DNA from: the human T2T-CHM13v2.0 reference genome, Homo sapiens
Assembly: GCF_009914755.1 (NCBI RefSeq)
Contig: NC_060925.1
Length of the DNA stretch: 64,000 nt
Strand: one strand, 5' to 3'
The position numbers and the translations under genes were made by a program. Below, piece by piece: positions 56,287 to 64,000 of the stretch (the stretch's first letter is position 1; the number at the start of each line of letters is the position of its first letter). The notes under the pieces are model-generated. The model had not been told where the DNA came from. It searched no databases and saw only the letters and a program-made list of their open reading frames with translations.

Positions 56287-59200
56287 TTCCATTTGGAAAC
56301 ACTTCTTTCTTTTGCTCTGTGCTGTGTGAGGAAAACACAAATAAAAAGGCATTTATATTCTAATATTATAAATACTAAATTATAGTGATGTAGAAAGAAT
56401 AAAAAAGAAGAGAGTATCAAAAAAGACTTGTTTAACCAAATAGTAGGTTCACCTTGAAAAAGACATAGGAATTATTCTGTAAAAGGGAACAAAGGCAAGG
56501 TAAGTCACATATGTTTGGAGGACACAAAATTGTTTGACAGGGTCCTAGTTGTATGTAACAGTTTGTGATTAACAGAATGAACACAAATAAACATACTTTT
56601 GGGTTACATTTTAAAAATACTTCATTTTAAATTAAACTACTTGTATCATTATTAATTATTATAGTAACTTTTAAAAATAGTAAAATATTCCCCTATTCTA
56701 TCACATTTTATGTGTCTAACCACATTAAAAGCTAAATGGTACAGATTATTACTCCTACTTTACATATAAGGAAGAAAAATGTAAATAGAAAATTTACTAT
56801 AAGTCTCTGACAATTTGACAGCTCAGATATTATTCTTCATTAATATTTGCTAAAAGCTATTCAATACCAAAACACATTTTCCTAAAACTCAGTAAAATGT
56901 TAATTTAAAATAATTTTACATTTAAAAAAGGACAAAAGAATAAGCAGTCTGCTTCACTAAAGTTTCAATACAAAAACCTGCAACATATGAAGAAACATAA
57001 TTTACCTTGACACAACATCATTATTTGTTAAGATAAATTAATAAACAGCACGTTTGGCTGCAACCAGTCTATTCAATTGTTGTCATAGTTGATTAGAATA
57101 TCTGTCTAGACTGTAATAAACTGTGAATGTGTTAATATATGATAGTGCCTTTTGTTTATTTAATGTGAAACAATTACCACTTATTCATTCCACCAATCAC
57201 GATTTTCCATGAGTGATTCTACCTCTTGCTTACAGTGTTCAAATGAACAAGACCATTAGTCACATTTTATTGTTGCCCAAAGCTATTATTTATTCTGAGT
57301 TAGAGATACTGAGGTGATTTAAATAGGTAATGTGCAATCTCACTAATCAGGTTTTTTCTAGAGATGTATGTTTAATAATTTCAGAAAGCAAAAGTATCAC
57401 AAAGGAAGATAGCATACATGGAATCTTAGTGTATTATATTGCCTAACTGCAACAATATTCAATTCAAATTTTCCATGAATATTATTTCTAATAATATTAT
57501 TCTGTACCTTATTTTAATTATTTGTTATTATAGGAACTTCTCTTTCACAAGTCAGTTGTGGTCAAGCTAATTGAATGTAAATTGTATGAATAAGATTATC
57601 ACATTAATTATAAAATCCATTCTTACTCTGTATTAATTTATCACTCTTTAGAATTCATTTTCTCTCATTACTTGTTTGGTTATTTGTTTTTATTTTCTGA
57701 AGGCTAGGTATTTTCACTTTTTATTAAATAATTATATCTACTATGACTAAATTAATTTTCTTATATCTATTTTTATGGATAGTTTTGAATTACACAATTG
57801 TTTGTTACTTTTCAGATTTTGAATTTACATATTATGTTTTCTTCATAAACTCTATGCTATAGGAATGTATTTCTTTCATTCCATAATTATAAAGGATTTC
57901 AAATATTTTGGTAATAGATGTGGAACAGTTACTAACATAGAAGGAAACATGCTGCAGAGGAGGTAAACATCTTGCTTTCTTCAGGTAATTGTCATAGTTT
58001 TCCAGTTGTAGCTCCTCCAATACATTCAGAAATAAGGCTGCTCATTAAAGTGCTTTTAATCTTTTTGAGCAAAAAGGTAAAGTCAAACTAAGATATTTTG
58101 GAAACATTGATATGTAGAATATTATCTTTTTAGGTATGAGGCTACAAATGATATACCATGGCAATAGGTCCTTTAAGAAATAGACTGAATTGTGTAGAAA
58201 TGTTTTCATCAAAAGTATTTGCCTTTTTGCCTAGTATTATTAAAATCAAATGTAAGTACAAAGGCTCTGTTACTGAAACAAGTCTACAGTTATCTACAGA
58301 ATACAAACTAGTAGTGAATATGAGGAGATATTCATTGACACCACATATTTTGCATATTTTTTCTCTGTAAATTAACATGTCCCAAAACTTGTGATTTTAA
58401 CATGCTGTTGATACGAACAAAACGCAGTAATACTTTTTTATTCCTATCAAGATTCCTATTATATGTTATTATTACTTATTCACAGAGCAAATTCAGTGTT
58501 TTCAAAGAAAAAAATCTGTTTTAAAGAGGGCTTTAAACATATATGTCTATTGTGAAAACATACAGGAACAAAGAATACCACAATGAATTTTAACAAGAGT
58601 GCTTTTTGAAACTAGATTTGTTAGAGCATATTTTTAATAAAATTTTTATTGTGTGAAATAAATATGTGATGTTAGTGACTTTTATTGTTTAAATCTGATG
58701 GCTTTTAAGAATTGAGATAGTGTAATGCTTTAGTATTTTTAATTATTATTATTATTAATAATAGATTTTCACTCGTCTTTACTCACACACACACCTAACC
58801 CCTTATCATTTTCAAATGCAGTATTTCACATTTGTGATATAACTTTCTTAGTTGGGTTATGCCATCTTGCAATAATTTACAAATGTTTTAAAGAATAAAC
58901 AGATCAATCAATGGTATGTCACTAGTTCATACACATTGGATTTAAACCCTAACATGAACCTAATATATTAAATTAGACATATTCCTAATATCATTGATAG
59001 CATTCTTGATTTCTATATACCACACTCAGTTTGTTTTGCTTTGAGCTGCATTATCATTTCTCTGAGCTTCATGTCTTATGTTTTTGCTTCTTAAATTAGT
59101 AAATACATTGAAACAATTGTTCCTACAACAAGCATACTGAGTAGATTTGCACTTGCTTTTAAAAATAATCTAGACATGAGTTATCCTACAAATAGAAGGG

Positions 59201-59718
59201 TGACCATTCCAGGTCTAGAGTTAATCGGAAAGTCCAATATATATACAATTCATTTTTTCTAGAATTTTAATTAATTAAATGCTTCCTAAGAACATAATAA
59301 GAGTAATATGTTTCAAAAAATATTGAAATAGAAATGTACTTTGATGTCTTATTTAAAATATCAAAGAAAGTAAAGAAGAAAAAAGAAACACATGGTATCA
59401 GACAATGTTTACATGAAACTACAATGTGAGAGTACATTGCCAATTAACTATTCATCCGATTCTCAAGAAAAATAATAATGGAGTGTCCTACAGAAGGCTC
59501 ATGTCTACAATATCTTGACTATGCCATATTCTGCTCTTCAGGCACTCACTTTCCTGATATTTAGCATACTGACACTTTAAATTGTATATTCTTCGGGGCT
59601 TTACTAAGAATATCATGTAAAGTGTTGAGAAAAATTTATGAAAAATATTGATATTCTAATAGCCTCATCCAACCTGGGAATTTCAGACCCGTCTTTTTGT
59701 AAGAAAGCAAGGCTACCA

Positions 59719-60186
59719 TGTTGGTGTGCTGGACCCATTAACTCGTCACTTACATTAGGTATATCTCCTAATGCTTTCTCTCCGCCCACCCCAGCCCACC
59801 CCAGGACAGGCCCTGGTGTGTGATGTTCCCCTTCCTGTGTCCAAGTGTTCTCATTGTTCAATTCCTACCTATGACTGAGAACATGCAGTGTTTGATTTTT
59901 TGTTCTTGCAATAGTTTGCTGAGAATGATGGTTTCCAGCTTCATCCATGTCCCTACAAAGGACATGAACTCATCCTTTTTTATGGCTGCATAGTATTCCA
60001 TCGTGTATATGTGCCACATTTTCCTAATCCAGTCTATCGCATGTATACATATGTAACAAGCCTGCATGTTGTGCACATGTACCCCAGAACTTAAAGTATA
60101 ATAATTAAAAAAAAAGAAATTAAAAGGAATAAGAAAAAGAAAAAGGAAATAAAATAAAATCATTGGCTTCAACAAAAAAAAAAAAA
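59719..60186 (+). mobile_element. Twin-primed L1PA4/5-like element: inverted part 59719-60038, sense part 60039-60115, extra 3' segment to 60186
   Basis: Perfect 18-bp TSD aagaaagcaaggctacca (59701-59718, 60187-60204); the antisense and sense L1 3' pieces abut. Confidence 0.93.
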
Positions 60187-60589
60187 AAGAAAGCAAGGCT
60201 ACCACCAAGTAGTTCATAAAAGAATATGCAGAGAGACTCAGAGAGCCCTGGTTCAGTCACCGTTACATTTGCTTCTACACCACCATCAGTGTTGATAATA
60301 TGACTTGTCTACCAAGGCCCTATATGGTCCTATGTCACTGTCACTGCTGTAATTGAAAATCAGTGCCATGATTTCTACGTTTCAAAAATCTTTCTCCTTT
60401 CCCTTACAACTCTGCAGAAAACTCAGAACCTTGCCAGACAGTGATCATTAAAGATAATTCCAACATGTTTGAATTTCTGTTTAATTTTAAAGGAAATACA
60501 TGCCTTAAAACTTGATAGAAAGCTGAACTCATTATAGAAACTGAAAACACTGGAAATTTCCTTAATAGGCTACTATGGCTTTTAGAACA

Positions 60590-63500
60590 GTGTACATGGA
60601 AGGAGTATTTAGGCCAGTCCTAGCCTGAGGCAAATCACCAATCCCAGTGGTAGGAGCCTGAGTTCTGGCAAGCACCGCCATGTGCTAAAGTACTCTGCGG
60701 TACCAAATAAAGTTGAAAGGCAGTCTAGGTCAAAAGGACTGAAATTCTTAGGGAAGTCTAAGTGCCATGCCCAAGAGCCAGTGGACAGTGTGTATGCAAT
60801 CTACAGAGATACCAGCTTGAGCAGCCAAGAGAGACTTGCATCACCCTTCCCTCAACCAGAGGCAGCACAAGTTGTAGCTCCAGGAGAGAATCCTTCTTCT
60901 CAACTGAGGAAAGGAGAGAGGAGTATAAAGACGACCTTGTGTTGAAACTTGGATGCCAGCTAAGCCACAATAGAATAGGCCACCAGGCAGAGTCCTGAGG
61001 CCTGCTATTCCAAGCCTTAGCATTTAGAAGGCATTTCTTAACACACCTTGTGAAATGCCTAACCTTGTTTTCACTCTAACTCGTTACTTTGAATTTTATC
61101 CTGCTTGTCTCTTTAATCACCTATCCTTGCTTCTCATGTAAATAAGACTCTCTCTAGCTGGGAAAGCCAGACAAACTCCAATTGACCCCTTAATTTACAA
61201 GACACTAAGGGCTCCTTACCCAACCTCCTTCTGTAAGGAGTTGACCTGTGTAAACAGAACCTCAGCATTTCAAAGGAGCCCAATTAACTGATAAGGTACT
61301 AGCACCAACAAGGTATGAAGTTCCCAGGATTTTTCTCAAGGAGGTAACAACATAGAGGTTTGAGTTCCTGCCCGGCATAGTCCCTATATCTAATTATAAT
61401 GAAAGATTTAGATCCCTGCACGTGGTACCCTTGCTCTTTTTGTAACCATTTGTCTTTTAAATTGTTTATCTCTCTGTAACCATTTTGCTTCTTTTGATTC
61501 TTGCATGTTTTTACTTCTGTAGAATTATTGCATTTGAGTTCCCCTCCCCTTCCTAAACCTAGGTATAAAAGTTAATCAAGCCTCTTCCTCGGGGCCGAGA
61601 GAATTTTGAGCGTTAGCAGTCTCTTTGGCCTCCGGCTTAATAAAGGACTCTTAATTCGTCTCAAAGTGTGGTGTTTTCTCTAACTCCTGTGGTTACAACA
61701 CTTGGGCCAAAAGGATACCCATTGCCTTAAAAAGAAAGACCTAGCCCTGGTAGAATTCATCACCTGCTGACTAAAGACTCCTTGGCCCCTGATCAGCAGT
61801 GGTAGCCAGGCAGTACTCACCATGGGCCTTGGGTGAGACTCAGAGTCATGCTGGCTTTAGGTGTGACACAGTGCTTTCCCAACTGTAGGGGTTATTGGGA
61901 GAGACCCCTTCTGCTTGAGAAAAGGAGAAGGAAGAATAAAAGCAACATCATCTTGCAGCTTGGGTACCAGCTTGGCCAAAATGGGTTAGAACACCAAACA
62001 GAATCCTGAGTTTCCTGATTCTAGGCCTTGATTCCTGGATGGCACTTCTAAACCCAGCCTAGGCCATAGGGGAGCCCAGTTTCTGAAAGGAGAAACTCAG
62101 AACTGTCAGCATTCACCACAAGCTGAAGGAAGAGCTCTTGGATTGGAGTGAATATCAGTGGCAGCAAGGCAGTACTTGCCATAGACCAGGGGTGATGACC
62201 ACAAGGCGATACTCCTCTGCTTGAGACAGGGGAAAGAAGAGTAGGAGAGGCTTTTGTCTTGCAGCTTTGGTAACAGCTTAGCTTCAGCAGAATAGAACAC
62301 CAAGTAGATTACAAGGGTTCCTGACTCCAGGCCTGTCTCTTGAACAGCATCTCTGGACCCACCTGGTGACAAGGGAAATTCACCACCCTAAAGGGAAGAA
62401 CACAAGCCTGGCTGGATTGACCACTTACTGATTGTAGACCCCTTGGTTTTTGAGTGAACATAGGTGGTAGCTGGGTACTGGTCATTGTGGGCATTGGATG
62501 AGACTCAGTACTGTGCTGGCTTAAGGTCTGACCCAACAAAGTTACAGTGGTGGTGGCCCCTGTGAGTATCATTCCTGCCCCAACTCCTGGAAGCTCAGAC
62601 AGAGAAAGAGACTCTTTTTTGGGGAGTGTGGAAGGGGAGAAGGAAGGAAAGAGAATAATATCTGCCTGATCATGTAAGGAATTAGCTGGGATCCTACCCA
62701 AGACCACCAAGAGTACATCTACGACTCTGCAAGAGCCACAGTGTTACTAGACTTGAGGTGCCCCTTAAAGCAGATATAGCTTCAGTGACCAAAGACTTGC
62801 ATTACAACACTCAAGCCCATTCAAACACCTGGAAAGCCTTCTCGAAAAGAATAAGCACAAATAAGCACAGACTAAGAAGACCACAATAAACACCTAACTC
62901 TTCAATGCCAGCACACTGACATCCACAAGCATCAAGACCATCCGGGAAAAAATGACCTTACTAAGAAAACTGAATAAAACCAATGACTAATTAGGGAGAG
63001 ACAGAGTATTCAAAATAGCTGTCTTGAGGAAGCTTTATTCAAGATAACACAGAAAAGAAATTCAGAACCTATGAGAAATTGAACAAAGAGATCAAAATAA
63101 TTAAAAAGAAACAAGAAGAAATTCTAGAGTGAAAAAACGTAATTGACATTCTAAAGAATGCATCAGAGTCTCTTAACAGCAGAATTGATCAAACAGAAAA
63201 AATAATTAGTGAACTTGAAGACAGACTATTTGAAAATATACAGTAAGAGGAGACAAAAGGAAAAAAAGAAAAAAATAACGAATGAAGTATGCCTGAAAGA
63301 TTTAGAAAATAGCCTCAAGAGCACAAATCTAAGAGTTATTGGCCTTAAAGAGGAAGAAGAGGGAGAGAGATTAGGGTAGAATGTTTATTCAAAGGGACAA
63401 TAATGAATAACTTATCAAATCTACAGAAAGTTATCAATATTCAAGCACAAGAAGGTTATAGAACATGCATCAGTTTAGCCCAAAGAAGAATACCTCAAGG

Positions 63501-64000
63501 CATTTAATAATAAAACTCTCAAAGTTCAAAGATAAATAAAGGGTCCTAAAAGCAGCAAGAGAAAATAAACAACATACAAAAGAGCTCCAATATGTCTGCC
63601 AGCAGACTTTCAGTGGAAATCTTATAGGCCAGAAGAGAGTCGCATGAAATATTTAAAGTGATGAAAGAAAAAACGTTTATTGCAGAATAGTGTACCTGCT
63701 GAAAATATCCTTCAAACACAAAGAAATAAATACTTTTCCAGACAAACAAAAGCTGAGAAATTTCATCAATGCCGGCCTGTCTATGAGAAATGATAAAGGA
63801 AGTTCTTCAATCTGAAATAAAAATTATGTTAACAAGTAAAAAAATCATCTGAAGGTACAGAACTCAGTTAACAGCAAGTACACAAAAACAGTAAGTATAC
63901 AGAATATTATAACACTGTGATTGTGATGTGTAAAATACTTGTATATTCAGTAGAAAGGCTAAAAGATGAATATATCAAAAACAATTACAACTTTCAAAAC
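60590..64000 (+). mobile_element. L1MA-era element: repetitive 5' UTR and decayed ORF1 (~62950-63830), running off the window
   Basis: UTR units (ctgcttgaga...gtcttgcagcttgggtaccagc) and ORF1-like agaattgatcaaacagaa, cctaaaagcagcaagaga, gcagacttt. Confidence 0.85.
61051..61700 (+). mobile_element. ERV1 solo LTR, LTR6-like (HERV-T/S71)
   Basis: TG...CA termini, 4-bp TSD CTTG, TATAAAA at 61564-61570, AATAAA at 61639-61644. Confidence 0.85.

Noticed and set aside
47230-59700. Host protein-coding exons in the less repetitive AT-rich stretch
   Set aside because: Only short ORFs of random composition and no recognisable domain or CpG island; small exons cannot be excluded by eye.
60880-62340. Three dispersed ~130-bp repeats
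   Set aside because: They are internal repeats of the L1MA-era 5' UTR.

Overview
This is AT-rich, CpG-poor primate genomic DNA, almost certainly human because it holds an AluYa5. No host protein-coding gene or RNA gene is recognisable, and most of the window is interspersed repeat (Alu, L1 of many ages, L2, MIR, MaLR, ERVL, DNA-transposon fossils, microsatellites). The main feature is a full-length 8.87-kb HERV-E/LTR2-family provirus on the minus strand (32207-41073). It has a 4-bp TSD, a tRNA-Glu primer-binding site and decayed gag, pro-pol and env, and it sits inside a MIR. The most unusual observation is an 86-bp copy of the 5' LTR U3 region inside gag (39472-39557). It is identical to the 5' LTR but not the 3' LTR, so it was copied after the LTRs diverged. 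It duplicates a TACGTG hypoxia-response core and truncates Gag. Other points of note are a twin-primed L1 with a probable 3' transduction, an 82-bp direct repeat around an L1ME fragment, and a variant of a known HERV-E T-cell epitope. I see no evidence for a novel multi-gene system. Subfamily names are recalled from consensus sequences, not from a database search, and boundaries of old repeats are approximate.
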